Of a stretch of 32,000 nt of DNA, positions 1-9,485 are shown piece by piece. The notes under the pieces are model-generated. The model did not search any database, was not told the origin of the DNA, and saw only the letters and a program-made list of their open reading frames with translations. Origin of the DNA: Candidatus Methanoperedens sp. (GTDB lineage Archaea > Halobacteriota > Methanosarcinia > Methanosarcinales > Methanoperedenaceae); contig JAPZAR010000024.1 in NCBI GenBank assembly GCA_027460535.1, positions 1-32,000 of the forward strand. Direction: 5' to 3'. The translations under genes and the position numbers were made by a program. How positions within the stretch are numbered: the stretch's first letter is position 1; each line of letters starts with the position of its first letter.

Positions 1-126
1 AGTTTTGTATTATTTCCGTCTCTCACTTCAAAAATGGTTTACTTTATGTTGATTGCGGTTTATGGAAAGATGATTGTTACCAAATTATCTGGATCTTCTG
101 CTAAAAAAACTAAAAATCACTGGATT

Positions 127-288
127 TTAGGATTGTGCCCATTTTTCAATATTTTTATTAGATTTTAACAATTCAATCCATATCGTATCTTTTTTATCTT
201 TTAACAATTTTGTAATATACACAGTGACGAGGGTAACCACTATGGGAGCTATAAATGGTAAAACGCTTATAATATCTTTATAATCCAT
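127..288 (-). CDS. small hypothetical membrane protein (53 aa), tentative
   Basis: ATG at 288 and TAA at 127-129, read by hand because it is below the ORF-track cutoff. MDYKDIISVLPFIAPIVVTLVTVYITKLLKDKKDTIWIELLKSNKNIEKWAQS has one hydrophobic helix followed by a Lys-rich tail. It lies in an AT-rich stretch and I recognise no family. Confidence 0.2.
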   Translation of the reverse strand: MDYKDIISVLPFIAPIVVTLVTVYITKLLKDKKDTIWIELLKSNKNIEKWAQS

Positions 289-465
289 AATCTGTCTTGG
301 TCACAGCTATAATAGAGCTTATCTTATTAATATTATTTGGAGGTTTTTTAATCTATTTTATTTGAAGAGGATTGTCTTATAATCTGTATCTCCATCTATC
401 ACAGATTCAGCTTATAATAAGGGCTACATGCTGCGGTTACAATAATTAGAAATCTTGTGTTAGGG

Positions 466-481
466 CAATTAAAAAACCTGA
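466..481 (-). terminator. oligo-T termination signal after atpD
   Basis: Plus-strand AAAAAA at 471-476 gives T6 on the minus strand, about 25 nt downstream of the atpD stop (501-503). This is an archaeal-style oligo-T terminator at the end of a nine-gene operon. Confidence 0.35.
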
Positions 482-500
482 GTAGTTACAAAATAGGACG

Positions 501-1121
501 TTACCCTTTTATCCTCTTCAGCCTGAAAGTATTTTCGCGTTCCATCTCCTCAAGCCGGAGCACGATGAAATCCTTGGCTTCGTTAAGCTCGGGTATGACC
601 TTGAACTCAAGCGCATTCACCCTGCGCTTTGTTTTCTCGATATCCTCAAGCAGCTTCTTCATCGTGGTCTCGATCTCGGCCGCCATGATGATCTTCTCCA
701 CAAGTATCTCATAGGAATCCACGGCCTCGTCTATCCGTGAGGTCGTGCCGATTATGCCGTAGCCATGTTCCTCGAGTTTTTTATGAACGCTTGAAGCTTC
801 GATCTTCGGGACCACGACGCCCATCACGTTCTTGCTTTCAAGTTCAAGTTTTGGCGTGTCCCTGAGAGCAAAGGCAGTGGATTTCACTACAACCACGCCT
901 TCCACTGATTTTGCTATGGCAAGCTTCTGCGAAGCCTGAACGAACTGCTTCTCCACATCGGCGCGGATGTCCTTGGCTTTATCAAGTATCGCGAAAAGCT
1001 CAAGTATCAGGCCATCGCGCTTCATTTTCAGAAGTTTGTGCCCGCTCTGGCTGAGCTTTATTTTTTTCTTGAGGTCGATTAGCTCCGAGCGTGTGGGTTT
1101 AATGTTGTCTTTTATGGCCAT
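501..1121 (-). CDS. atpD: A-type (A1AO) ATP synthase subunit D
   Basis: 206 aa starting MAIKDNIKPTRSELIDLKKKIKLSQSGHKLLKMKRDGL, typical of the V/A-type D subunit. The ATG at 1121 (cat at 1119-1121) lies 1 nt after the atpB stop. The 284-aa ORF-track version is an upstream extension overlapping atpB. Last gene of the H-I-K-E-C-F-A-B-D order. Confidence 0.9.
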   Translation of the reverse strand: MAIKDNIKPTRSELIDLKKKIKLSQSGHKLLKMKRDGLILELFAILDKAKDIRADVEKQFVQASQKLAIAKSVEGVVVVKSTAFALRDTPKLELESKNVMGVVVPKIEASSVHKKLEEHGYGIIGTTSRIDEAVDSYEILVEKIIMAAEIETTMKKLLEDIEKTKRRVNALEFKVIPELNEAKDFIVLRLEEMERENTFRLKRIKG

Positions 1122-1122
1122 A

Positions 1123-2517
1123 TTATTCTTTTTTCTCTTCCTTTGCCCTGTGGGCCGGATGATACTTCTGGATGTACTTGTTATCGATCCTGGTGAGCTG
1201 GGCTTCAGGCAATTCCGAAAGGAGTTCCCACCCGATATCGAGAGTTGTCTCGATATCCCTGTTCTCCTCCGCGCCCTGCCGGACAAACTTGTCCTCGAAC
1301 ATATCAGCGAACTCAAGGAATTTTTTGTCTCTATCTGAGAGAGCATCCTTGCCAACTATGGCAACAAGGCCGCGCAGGTCGCGTCCTTCTGCATAGGCGG
1401 CATACAGCTGGTCCGAGACCGCCTTATGGTCTTCCCTTGTCCTTGTTGCGCCTATACCTGAGTTCATCAGTCTTGAGAGTGAAGGCAGCACATTCACCGG
1501 TGGATAAATGCCTTTCCTGTGGAGTTCCCTCGATATCACGATCTGCCCTTCCGTGATATACCCCGAAAGATCAGGGATCGGGTGGGTGATATCGTCGCCG
1601 GGCATGGACAAAATGGAGAACTGCGTCACCGAGCCTTTTCTTCCCTTGATAACACCCGCGCGTTCGTAAAGCGAAGCCAGGTCTGTGTACATGTAACCGG
1701 GATAGCCTCTCCTGCCGGGGACTTCTTCCCTTGCCGCGCCCATCTGGCGCAGCGCTTCACAGTAATTGGTGATATCTGTGAGGATGACGAGCACGTGCAT
1801 GTCATGTTCATAAGCAAGGTATTCCGCGGCGGTGAGCGCAAGCCGCGGGGTGATAAGCCGCTCCACAGCCGGGTCATCTGCAAGGTTCAGGAAGACTACG
1901 GCTCTCTGGAGGGCTCCTGTCCTTTCAAAGTCGCGCATGAAATACTGCGCTTCCTCATTGGTGATGCCCATTGCAGCGAACACTACCGCGAACTGTTCAT
2001 CCGAGCCCCGAACTTTTGCCTGTCTTGCAATCTGCAGCGCGATCTCATTATGCGGCAGACCTGAACCCGAGAATATAGGGAGCTTCTGGCCCCGCACAAG
2101 CGTATTCATCCCGTCAATGGTGGATATACCTGTCTGGATAAAGTCTTTCGGGGGAAGGCGCGCATACGGATTTATGGCCGCGCCTGTGATCTCAAGCCTG
2201 TCCTCTGGCACTATACGCGGGCCGCCATCCAGTGGTTCTCCGGAACCCGAAAGGATCCTGCCGAGCAGGTCTTTTGAAACCGGGAGTTTGATCGTCTCGC
2301 CGGTGAACCTGACCCCGCATTCCTTGTTCAGGCCGCCTGTGCCTTCGAATATCTGCACCACGACCACATCATTTGAAGTATCAAGCACCTGACCTCTTTT
2401 GGTCGTGCCGTCTGGAAGGTTGATATTGACAAGCTCGTTATATCCCACTGGTTCCGTCTTTTCTACAAAGATGAGCGGCCCTGCGATTTCCCTGATCGTC
2501 TTGTATTCTTTAGTCAT
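1123..2517 (-). CDS. atpB: A-type ATP synthase subunit B (non-catalytic)
   Basis: 464 aa, [20 protein letters not shown]..., with an unmistakable V/A-type B-subunit core ([45 protein letters not shown]). ATG at 2517, 1 nt from the atpA stop. Confidence 0.97.
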   Translation of the reverse strand: MTKEYKTIREIAGPLIFVEKTEPVGYNELVNINLPDGTTKRGQVLDTSNDVVVVQIFEGTGGLNKECGVRFTGETIKLPVSKDLLGRILSGSGEPLDGGPRIVPEDRLEITGAAINPYARLPPKDFIQTGISTIDGMNTLVRGQKLPIFSGSGLPHNEIALQIARQAKVRGSDEQFAVVFAAMGITNEEAQYFMRDFERTGALQRAVVFLNLADDPAVERLITPRLALTAAEYLAYEHDMHVLVILTDITNYCEALRQMGAAREEVPGRRGYPGYMYTDLASLYERAGVIKGRKGSVTQFSILSMPGDDITHPIPDLSGYITEGQIVISRELHRKGIYPPVNVLPSLSRLMNSGIGATRTREDHKAVSDQLYAAYAEGRDLRGLVAIVGKDALSDRDKKFLEFADMFEDKFVRQGAEENRDIETTLDIGWELLSELPEAQLTRIDNKYIQKYHPAHRAKEEKKE

Positions 2518-2518
2518 G

Positions 2519-4252
2519 TTACTTGCCCCCGAGCTTCGAAAATTCTTCTTCCATACTCTTCATGATCACGCCAAGTGCTGCGTCAAACTCCTTCTCGTAC
2601 TTGACTTTTGCAAGGTCATCCTTTGATTTTAATTTCATGATATCTTCCATCGGGGCCCCGCCCTCAAGTGCTGTCTGGGCCTTGTCGCCCCATGAGGTAA
2701 TGGCTTTTAGCAACTTGTACTGTTTATCCATGGAGCAGAAGGTATCCACTTCGTGATAGGCATTCTGCTGCAGGAAATATTCCCTGATCATCCGTGCGAT
2801 CTCAAGCGTGAGTTGCTGATCCTCGGGAAGAGCATCCGAACCCACAAGCTGGACTATCTCCTGGAGCTCGGCCTCTTTCTGGAGCAATTCCATCGAATCG
2901 TTCCTGAGTTTTACCCATTCGGAAGAGACATGCTCGTTATACCAGTCACCCAGTGCCTTGGTGTATAACGAATAACTGTTAAGCCAGTTTATTGCCGGGA
3001 AATGCCGCCTCTGCGCAAGTTTGGCATCAAGCGCCCAGAATACTTTTACTATGCGAAGCGTGTTCTGGGTTACAGGTTCTGAGAAGTCTCCGCCCGGGGG
3101 AGAGACCGCTCCTATGACCGTGATCGAGCCTTCCCTTCCGCAAAGTGCCTTCACCTTACCCGCGCGCTCGTAGAATTCGGAGAGCCTTGCTGCAAGGTAC
3201 GCCGGATAACCTTCCTCGCCCGGCATCTCTTCAAGGCGTGATGATATTTCTCTCATCGCTTCCGCCCATCGTGAAGTAGAATCTGCCATCAGGGATACAT
3301 CATATCCCATGTCCCTGTAATACTCTGCAATCGTAATTCCTGTGTAAACAGAGGCTTCCCTGGCCGCCACTGGCATGTTGGAGGTATTTGCGATCAGCAC
3401 CGTCCTCTCCATCAAAGGCCTGCCGGTTTTTGGGTCCTCAAGTTCAGGGAACTCGCTCAGAACGTCTGCCATTTCATTGCCCCGTTCGCCGCACCCTATG
3501 TAAACAACGATCTCAGTATCGCTCCATTTTGCAAGCTGCTGCTGTGTTACTGTTTTTCCGCTCCCGAAAGGACCAGGGATAGCTGCAGTTCCGCCTTTGG
3601 CGACCGGGAAAAGACCGTCAAGGATTCTCTGGCCCGTGATAAGAGGCGTGTTTGGCATCAGCTTCTTGGTGACCGGTCTTGGCTTCCTGACAGGCCATTT
3701 CTGCATCATCGTGAGTTCCTTACCGCTAAGTGTGCACACCACCTCATCGACTTTGAATTTGCCGCTATTTATCTCATCAACCGTTCCTGAAATATTGGGC
3801 GGGACCATTATCCTGTGCTCGATATTCTGCGTTTCCTGAACTGTCCCTATGACATCTCCCGGATTCAATCTGTCGCCTTTTTTCACGGCAGGTACGAATT
3901 CCCATTCTTTCTTGCGCGAAAGACCATTGGCAGAAACGCCCCGCTTGATAAAGTCCCCCATGCTGTCTTTTAATACCGGAAGAGGGCGCTGGATGCCATC
4001 GTATATGCTTTCCAGCAGACCCGGTCCGAGTTCGACGGAGAGCGGCATACCTGTATTTTCCACAGGTTCACCTGGCCTGATACCGGACGTTTCTTCATAC
4101 ACCTGCACTGTGGATTTCTCACCTTCTATTCCGATGACCTCGCCCATCAGACCTTCCTTTCCAATTTTGACCACATCGTACATTTTGGTATTCAAACCGC
4201 TTATGATAACAACTGGTCCAGAGATTCTATAAATTTCACCTTTTGTTTTCAT
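2519..4252 (-). CDS. atpA: A-type ATP synthase catalytic subunit A
   Basis: Walker A GPFGSGKT, Walker B region [22 protein letters not shown]. The ATG at 4252 ([15 protein letters not shown]) is preceded by GAGGTG 9 nt upstream. The ORF-track start at 4264 is a GTG inside that Shine-Dalgarno sequence. Confidence 0.97.
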   Translation of the reverse strand: MKTKGEIYRISGPVVIISGLNTKMYDVVKIGKEGLMGEVIGIEGEKSTVQVYEETSGIRPGEPVENTGMPLSVELGPGLLESIYDGIQRPLPVLKDSMGDFIKRGVSANGLSRKKEWEFVPAVKKGDRLNPGDVIGTVQETQNIEHRIMVPPNISGTVDEINSGKFKVDEVVCTLSGKELTMMQKWPVRKPRPVTKKLMPNTPLITGQRILDGLFPVAKGGTAAIPGPFGSGKTVTQQQLAKWSDTEIVVYIGCGERGNEMADVLSEFPELEDPKTGRPLMERTVLIANTSNMPVAAREASVYTGITIAEYYRDMGYDVSLMADSTSRWAEAMREISSRLEEMPGEEGYPAYLAARLSEFYERAGKVKALCGREGSITVIGAVSPPGGDFSEPVTQNTLRIVKVFWALDAKLAQRRHFPAINWLNSYSLYTKALGDWYNEHVSSEWVKLRNDSMELLQKEAELQEIVQLVGSDALPEDQQLTLEIARMIREYFLQQNAYHEVDTFCSMDKQYKLLKAITSWGDKAQTALEGGAPMEDIMKLKSKDDLAKVKYEKEFDAALGVIMKSMEEEFSKLGGK

Positions 4253-4310
4253 TTTCCATGACACCTCTTATAAGTCTCCCGAAACAATTCGGGTTCGGGG
4301 ATATTATCAT

Positions 4311-4610
4311 TCATTTCCAAAGATCTACGCCTACAGATTGCTTTATTTTCTCCCGGAGATTGGTACTCTCACCTTTTCCACCAATCACGAGCACCGTGGG
4401 CTCTACCGAATCATCAAGGGTTTTTTGCATCTGCGCGGATAATTTGTTAATATCATCATTGTGTATCACAAGGATGGCCACAGACCTGTCATTCAGCACG
4501 CCCTGTATCCTGGCCTCCAGATTATCCGGGGCTGTCTCGTAGGTCTTCCGAATGCCGGCAAGACGAAAGCCGATCACAAAATCACTGTTCCCAACAACTG
4601 CAATTTCCAT
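4311..4610 (-). CDS. atpF: A-type ATP synthase subunit F
   Basis: 99 aa, MEIAVVGNSDFVIGFRLAGIRKTYE..., the V/A-type F-subunit pattern. The ATG directly abuts the atpC TAG stop, and the operon position between C and A fits. Confidence 0.85.
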   Translation of the reverse strand: MEIAVVGNSDFVIGFRLAGIRKTYETAPDNLEARIQGVLNDRSVAILVIHNDDINKLSAQMQKTLDDSVEPTVLVIGGKGESTNLREKIKQSVGVDLWK

Positions 4611-5630
4611 CTACATCACCAGGTGGGCCTTTATTATTTCCTCAGGAAGCTTCGTCTCTTTTCCGCGCACGATTATTCGGAGGTTATCGACTTCTATCTT
4701 CTTGCTCAGGATATAATCCAGAATAGGCAGGATCGACAGCGGGTAATAATATGATATCCTTGAAGCATAGACAAGCCCATATTTCTCAAGACGCGTCTCG
4801 ATATTTATAAGGGAGGTCAGGTCTCCGATTATGTCCGCGATCGCATTCCAGTACGAATATTCCTCAAGTGCGCGTACGAATTCGGGAAGGGAAAGGGATG
4901 CCAGTCTTCCGAGGTCTGCGTCCTTAAGTTCCAGACCTCCGGGGATCAGGAGCTTGATTATTTGCTCGCGTTCCATACCCGCGCGTTTCATCCTGAAAAG
5001 CATCTTGAGGTTCTTGAGATCGATCTCGGTCCTGAGGAATTTGAAGAATAGTTTATTTCCCGTTTCCTGGGCCGCAGCCGTGCGTCTGGAGTAATAGTTT
5101 TTGTCCAGGGCGTTCTCTATCTCCGAAAGGTCTCCTTTGTATCCTTCAAGGGCAGAATAATAAGGCGTTCCTGCAAGCGCTGCAATTATGCCTTCGACCG
5201 TGCCAATCTTAACGAGATCTGTCAGGTCCCTGTACCTCAGCTGGCCTGCGGAAACCACATCTTCCAGGATTTCCTCCTCGCTTGCCCCTGAAAATTTGCC
5301 TCTCAATATGGTCTTGATGTTCCATACGTCCCAGGATCGAAGATATTCTGTGATAAGAAAATTTGCCTCGTTCTGCGACACCTCTATCAATTTGCGGTAG
5401 GTCAGCGCCAGGTTCTGGCTCAATGCATGTTCAAACAGGTCAGTACCCTTGTATTTTTTTCCCAGTTCATCAACATCCTTCTTATATTCGGACTCTTCAA
5501 TAAAACGGATTATCTCGGGAATCTCCATGTTGAGAAATTTCGGATACATCTCCACGGGGATGAGCTTGCTCTTCATACCCCTGACCCTGGCTACGATGTA
5601 TGCATATTTGACCGCGTTTGGACCGCCCAT
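4611..5630 (-). CDS. atpC: A-type ATP synthase subunit C (V0 d-like)
   Basis: 339 aa helical protein, MGGPNAVKYAYIVARVRGMKSKLI..., with the size and N-terminus typical of archaeal AtpC. It sits between atpE and atpF. Confidence 0.85.
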   Translation of the reverse strand: MGGPNAVKYAYIVARVRGMKSKLIPVEMYPKFLNMEIPEIIRFIEESEYKKDVDELGKKYKGTDLFEHALSQNLALTYRKLIEVSQNEANFLITEYLRSWDVWNIKTILRGKFSGASEEEILEDVVSAGQLRYRDLTDLVKIGTVEGIIAALAGTPYYSALEGYKGDLSEIENALDKNYYSRRTAAAQETGNKLFFKFLRTEIDLKNLKMLFRMKRAGMEREQIIKLLIPGGLELKDADLGRLASLSLPEFVRALEEYSYWNAIADIIGDLTSLINIETRLEKYGLVYASRISYYYPLSILPILDYILSKKIEVDNLRIIVRGKETKLPEEIIKAHLVM

Positions 5631-5634
5631 TTTT

Positions 5635-6186
5635 TCACCCGAACAGGATATCCGATACCTGTTTCAAAGATTGTTCGCTCACTTCTTTTAAAATCGTGTC
5701 ATATTTGAAATCGAGGGATTCCGTACCATCCTCATTTTCTATGACTACTCCTCCCATAATGTCAATTTCCCCGGCATATTCGAGTTTCGTGATCTTTTTC
5801 ACGAAAACCTTGTCCTTGCCGTTTGAATATATCTTGCTGTTGTCTGCTTCGTATTTTCTGATAATCGACTGCATGAGTTTCTGATTCTTTTCAGCCGGGA
5901 GTTTCAAGACTGATGACTTTGTCTTTTCGGCCACTTCATCAAGAACCTCCTTGCGAGCGTTCAGTAATGACCTTTTTACCTCGAGATTGGCGCTTGATAT
6001 TTCTTGCTGTCTTATCCTTTCAATTTCTCTCCTTGCTTCCATTTCCTTGGCCGCTTTGATCTTCTCAGCCTGGGACTGGGCTTCTGCGATGATAAGCGAA
6101 GCTTCCTTATACGCTTCTCCGCTGATCCTCTCAGCTTCTGCCTTGCCTTTGGCCTTGATCTCCTGAACTATCGCATCAAGTCCCAT
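5635..6186 (-). CDS. atpE: A-type ATP synthase subunit E (peripheral stalk)
   Basis: 183 aa with a long charged coiled-coil N-terminus (IVQEIKAKGKAEAERISGEAYKEA...) and a globular C-terminus. Operon position supports the call. Confidence 0.8.
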   Translation of the reverse strand: MGLDAIVQEIKAKGKAEAERISGEAYKEASLIIAEAQSQAEKIKAAKEMEARREIERIRQQEISSANLEVKRSLLNARKEVLDEVAEKTKSSVLKLPAEKNQKLMQSIIRKYEADNSKIYSNGKDKVFVKKITKLEYAGEIDIMGGVVIENEDGTESLDFKYDTILKEVSEQSLKQVSDILFG

Positions 6187-6200
6187 ATTCGTTCACTTTT

Positions 6201-6425
6201 TTAGAACACGAACAGCAATATCAATGCTACGACAAGACCAAATATCGCGATGGATTCGGGAATGACGGTCATAAGCAGACCTTTACCGAAGAACTTCTCA
6301 TTTTCTGCCATTGCGCCTACTGCCGCCGCACCGATGGCCTGTTCGCCCATGCCTGCGCCGATTCCTGAAAGTCCTACCGCTATTCCTGCTCCTACAGCTA
6401 CCATTCCTGCTTGTGTTGGGTCCAT
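6201..6425 (-). CDS. atpK: A-type ATP synthase proteolipid subunit K (c)
   Basis: 74 aa Gly/Ala-rich two-helix hairpin with a single carboxylate in helix 2 (VIPESIAIFGLVVAL). ATG at 6425 and TAA at 6201. Confidence 0.9.
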   Translation of the reverse strand: MDPTQAGMVAVGAGIAVGLSGIGAGMGEQAIGAAAVGAMAENEKFFGKGLLMTVIPESIAIFGLVVALILLFVF

Positions 6426-6430
6426 ATTTT

Positions 6431-8404
6431 TTATTCCTCCGTATATTTTCTATTATAACCAAAGGGGGCGTACTTCTTACCTCCCCCCTCATAAAATTTA
6501 GTGAAAAATTCCACGTATTGAAGCCTCAGGGAGTGAAGCCCTGGTCCCAGTATGCCCAGTGATAAATTTATTAAATGTCCTACGAACAGTACTACCACGC
6601 CGATGAGGGCAAGCCCAATCCCGCCGCCCAGCAGCACACCGCCCGGCCTTATGAAAAGGTTCATAGAAAGGGTATTTACCGCAAGGGCTATTCCTGCCGA
6701 TGATAAGCCTATTGCAAGTATCCTTGTATATGAAAGTACGTTGGAGAGAAGCGTAGGTATCTCCATTATAGAGATGAATCCTTCGCCTTTTATCAAAAGC
6801 ACGACACCGATAATAGCAAGTCCTACTCCTCCGTCAAAAACAGGGTCTCTTGAAGGGACATGTTGACCTGACATCATAGCTGGCATTAATTTAGCTATGG
6901 CAGCAACGCCGCCCGCCAGAATCATAATCCAGCTCCCCTTTGCAAAGACCGCATGCTTTAGATCGTGCTCTATCGCAATATTGCGAAAACCTATGACCAA
7001 TCCGAGAAAGATATGCAATATCCCTATAACTAAGGTCATAAGAAGAAGAGACTGCACCGCCTCAAACCTTTGCACCGGTAGATGGAATCCTGCAATCGTA
7101 GGGCCTGCAATTCCGAAAATACCGTGTTCCAGTACTCCTTTAACTTCCACGTTAAACAGCGGGAAGCCGAAGAACTCCCCGTATATAATGCCGAATATTA
7201 TCGAGAGGAACGCTGAAAGGAACAATATCAGGGCAAGCGCATTGAGACCGCCGGTCTTGAATTTATTTTTGATTATTATGGCCATGGCTGCCACGATGAG
7301 ACCGTACCCGACATCACCAAGCATGATGGCATAGAATAGCGGGAAAGTTATAAAAATCACAGATGCGGGATCGATCTCCCCGTATTTTGGTGTGGCAAAA
7401 GTATCTATCAGGAGTTCAAAGGGTTTTGCGATCCCTGGATTTTCAAGTTCTATCGGTATATCTTCTTCTTTCGCTTTCTCTTCGATCCTGGTTAAATAAA
7501 CCTGCCCTTGCGTGTTTTCCTGCAAAACCGAGTCAAGTTCATGGAATTTTCTCGAGGGCACCCATCCATCTATAATGAATGCATTGGGGCTCGTGGCAAA
7601 TCTGAGAGGTGCTTCTGCCTTCTGGGTCTCTATGGAGAGATGTTCGTCCGCAGCAATTATGAATTCTGAATATTCCTTCTTGATGTTATCAAGTTCGGAT
7701 TTTATGGATGCCTGCTTTGCCTTAAGTTCCATTACCTCTTTGGTCAGCGTTTCGAGTATTACAGGAGGGTTACCTTTCAACTCAGGGATCTTTAATTCAA
7801 CATAGGTGCGCTCTTCCTGAAGGAGTTTTTGGGTTTCTGACTCAAAAACCTTTGGAATGAAAAGAGCAAATACTTTTCTTTTTTCGTATTCATCGCTGAA
7901 TAATTCGTAATTGGCTGTAATCCTGGTGAGTTTTGGCTCTATATCTTCAGCGATAAATCCAGCGTACACTTTCACGGTATCATACCCGTGGTATGCATCT
8001 ATTGATAGCGGGAGCGCCATCAATGGTTTTAAAGCAGAGATCAGGTCTTCCTTCTCCTTTATCCTGAATTCGATGTTCCTCAATTCATCAAACCGGGATG
8101 ATACTTCTTTCTGGAGATGGGTAATTTTCTCATCGATCTGGGAAGGGAGGTCTTTTGAACTCAGTTTCATTGCAGATTCTTTTCCGATAACCCCTAACTG
8201 GTTTGAGATCCCGCGTAAAGAAAGAAGATATTCTGAGAGTTTAGATGCGGGTTTCAACGGGCGGCCGATCCTGAAATCTTCGGTCTCTTCGTTATAATCC
8301 GTTATATGGAGCAGGTTCAGTTTGTGAAGGGCGGATACAGTTCCTTCAATATGATCTCTTGTGCCAGCAATGATGACCCGGGTCATTTTTGTGGGTTTAA
8401 GCAT
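6431..8404 (-). CDS. atpI: A-type ATP synthase subunit I (a-subunit, stator/ion channel)
   Basis: About 657 aa with a soluble coiled-coil N-terminal half and a polytopic C-terminal half containing the conserved LSYTRILAIGLSS (essential Arg). I place the start at ATG 8404 (MLKPTKMTRVII), overlapping the atpH end by 8 nt. The ORF-track start at 8419 is a TTG. Confidence 0.9.
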   Translation of the reverse strand: MLKPTKMTRVIIAGTRDHIEGTVSALHKLNLLHITDYNEETEDFRIGRPLKPASKLSEYLLSLRGISNQLGVIGKESAMKLSSKDLPSQIDEKITHLQKEVSSRFDELRNIEFRIKEKEDLISALKPLMALPLSIDAYHGYDTVKVYAGFIAEDIEPKLTRITANYELFSDEYEKRKVFALFIPKVFESETQKLLQEERTYVELKIPELKGNPPVILETLTKEVMELKAKQASIKSELDNIKKEYSEFIIAADEHLSIETQKAEAPLRFATSPNAFIIDGWVPSRKFHELDSVLQENTQGQVYLTRIEEKAKEEDIPIELENPGIAKPFELLIDTFATPKYGEIDPASVIFITFPLFYAIMLGDVGYGLIVAAMAIIIKNKFKTGGLNALALILFLSAFLSIIFGIIYGEFFGFPLFNVEVKGVLEHGIFGIAGPTIAGFHLPVQRFEAVQSLLLMTLVIGILHIFLGLVIGFRNIAIEHDLKHAVFAKGSWIMILAGGVAAIAKLMPAMMSGQHVPSRDPVFDGGVGLAIIGVVLLIKGEGFISIMEIPTLLSNVLSYTRILAIGLSSAGIALAVNTLSMNLFIRPGGVLLGGGIGLALIGVVVLFVGHLINLSLGILGPGLHSLRLQYVEFFTKFYEGGGKKYAPFGYNRKYTEE

Positions 8405-8723
8405 TGGCTGCCCTCTCAAATTCCGTTAGAATGAATTTCGAGGCTTTTGCGACGTTATTTCTCGCTTTCTGTTTGATCTCTGAAGCTTCAAGAACCCCTT
8501 TTTCTATGATCTTTTCTTTTTCTTTCTGGATATTCTTCCGAGCCTCACTTATCTGCAATTGCGCCTGCAGGATAACTTCTTCCTCCGCTTTCCTGAGAAT
8601 CTCTTTGGCTTGCACCCTGGCCTCAGAAATCTTCTTATTTTTCGCCTCATTCGCTTCGGCCACCGCAGCTTTGGCAGATTCTTCAGCCATCTTTATCTCG
8701 GATAAAATTTCAGCTCGTGTCAT
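8397..8723 (-). CDS. atpH: A-type ATP synthase subunit H (peripheral stalk)
   Basis: About 108 aa, entirely charged helix (EILSEIKMAEESAKAAVAEANEAKNKK...), first gene of the operon. ATG at 8723 with GAGG about 8 nt upstream. The ORF-track start at 8726 is a TTG. Confidence 0.7.
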   Translation of the reverse strand: MTRAEILSEIKMAEESAKAAVAEANEAKNKKISEARVQAKEILRKAEEEVILQAQLQISEARKNIQKEKEKIIEKGVLEASEIKQKARNNVAKASKFILTEFERAANA

Positions 8724-8840
8724 CAAATTCCTCTTTCATGAAATAATAATAGTGATTCGTTTTGATTCCTTCACATAGGGGAACACCTACATAAATTATT
8801 CGATTTCAAAGCGTGGTTTTCTAAGGGCGCATCTCTATTT

Positions 8841-9479
8841 TTAATGAAAAATCGTTTTAATTGCTACCATACCCGCGGTCATAAATGCTCCCGAAAGTAG
8901 CGGTATCATGAAATTGTCGTCTATAGCCACTCCTTTGACCCTCACTGGGACTGTATCCCCGATGGTTGCGCCCAGAGCCCCCGCAACATATACCCAGAAC
9001 GGTATTTGAATCATATCCCGTGCCATGGGAAAATTTGAGAGTATAGCACCTATGATCACGCATACAAGAAAAATCGTGACCATTATCGGGAAGGGTTTGA
9101 TGTCTGCTTTATTACCTGATTGCCTGACATTTCCGCCTTTGATAGCTGCGCCTGCCAGCCCTGCTGCAGTGTCCCCGATGGCCAGCATCAATATTGCAGC
9201 AATGGCGATCGTTTTTTCAAATATGATTATTGAAATAAGGGCTGACATCTGAAAATAGATATATCCCGCTATCTGTTTATTTTCATGGGGACGGAGCAGC
9301 ATTTCGGGGAGGCTTATTTTTCCATTCAGGCGCAGCCATTCTATCACCAGGAGAATAGCATTGATAAAAGCCAGGCCCATGGCTGCCGTTTCTTTATTTA
9401 GAAAAAAATAAAAAAATGGGATCAGGGAACCGATAAGGTGAAAGGCTTTCCTTTGAATTTCCCTGGATAGATCGAACAT
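8841..9479 (-). CDS. polytopic membrane protein, CTP-dependent polyprenol (dolichol/phytol) kinase / phosphatidate cytidylyltransferase family (COG0170-like)
   Basis: 212 aa with about 6 TM helices. It has an N-terminal RKAFHLIG motif, an internal AIGDTAAGLAG, and a C-terminal DDNFMIPLLSG resembling the DDNL-x-iPl ending of this family. The assignment is from motif memory only. Confidence 0.5.
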   Translation of the reverse strand: MFDLSREIQRKAFHLIGSLIPFFYFFLNKETAAMGLAFINAILLVIEWLRLNGKISLPEMLLRPHENKQIAGYIYFQMSALISIIIFEKTIAIAAILMLAIGDTAAGLAGAAIKGGNVRQSGNKADIKPFPIMVTIFLVCVIIGAILSNFPMARDMIQIPFWVYVAGALGATIGDTVPVRVKGVAIDDNFMIPLLSGAFMTAGMVAIKTIFH

Positions 9480-9485
9480 AGGACA

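Noticed and set aside
1122-1355. N-terminal 78-aa extension of the atpD ORF in the track (284 aa)
   Set aside because: It overlaps the 3' end of atpB in another frame, and the extension is low-complexity Ser/Arg. The conserved AtpD N-terminus begins at the ATG at 1121, right after the atpB stop.
4278-4299. Hairpin cccgaa-acaa-ttcggg (plus a tandem second ttcggg) in the atpF-atpA spacer
   Set aside because: The structure is real but short (6 bp). Intercistronic hairpins are common in long operons and likely reflect mRNA stability or processing, so I did not consider it noteworthy.
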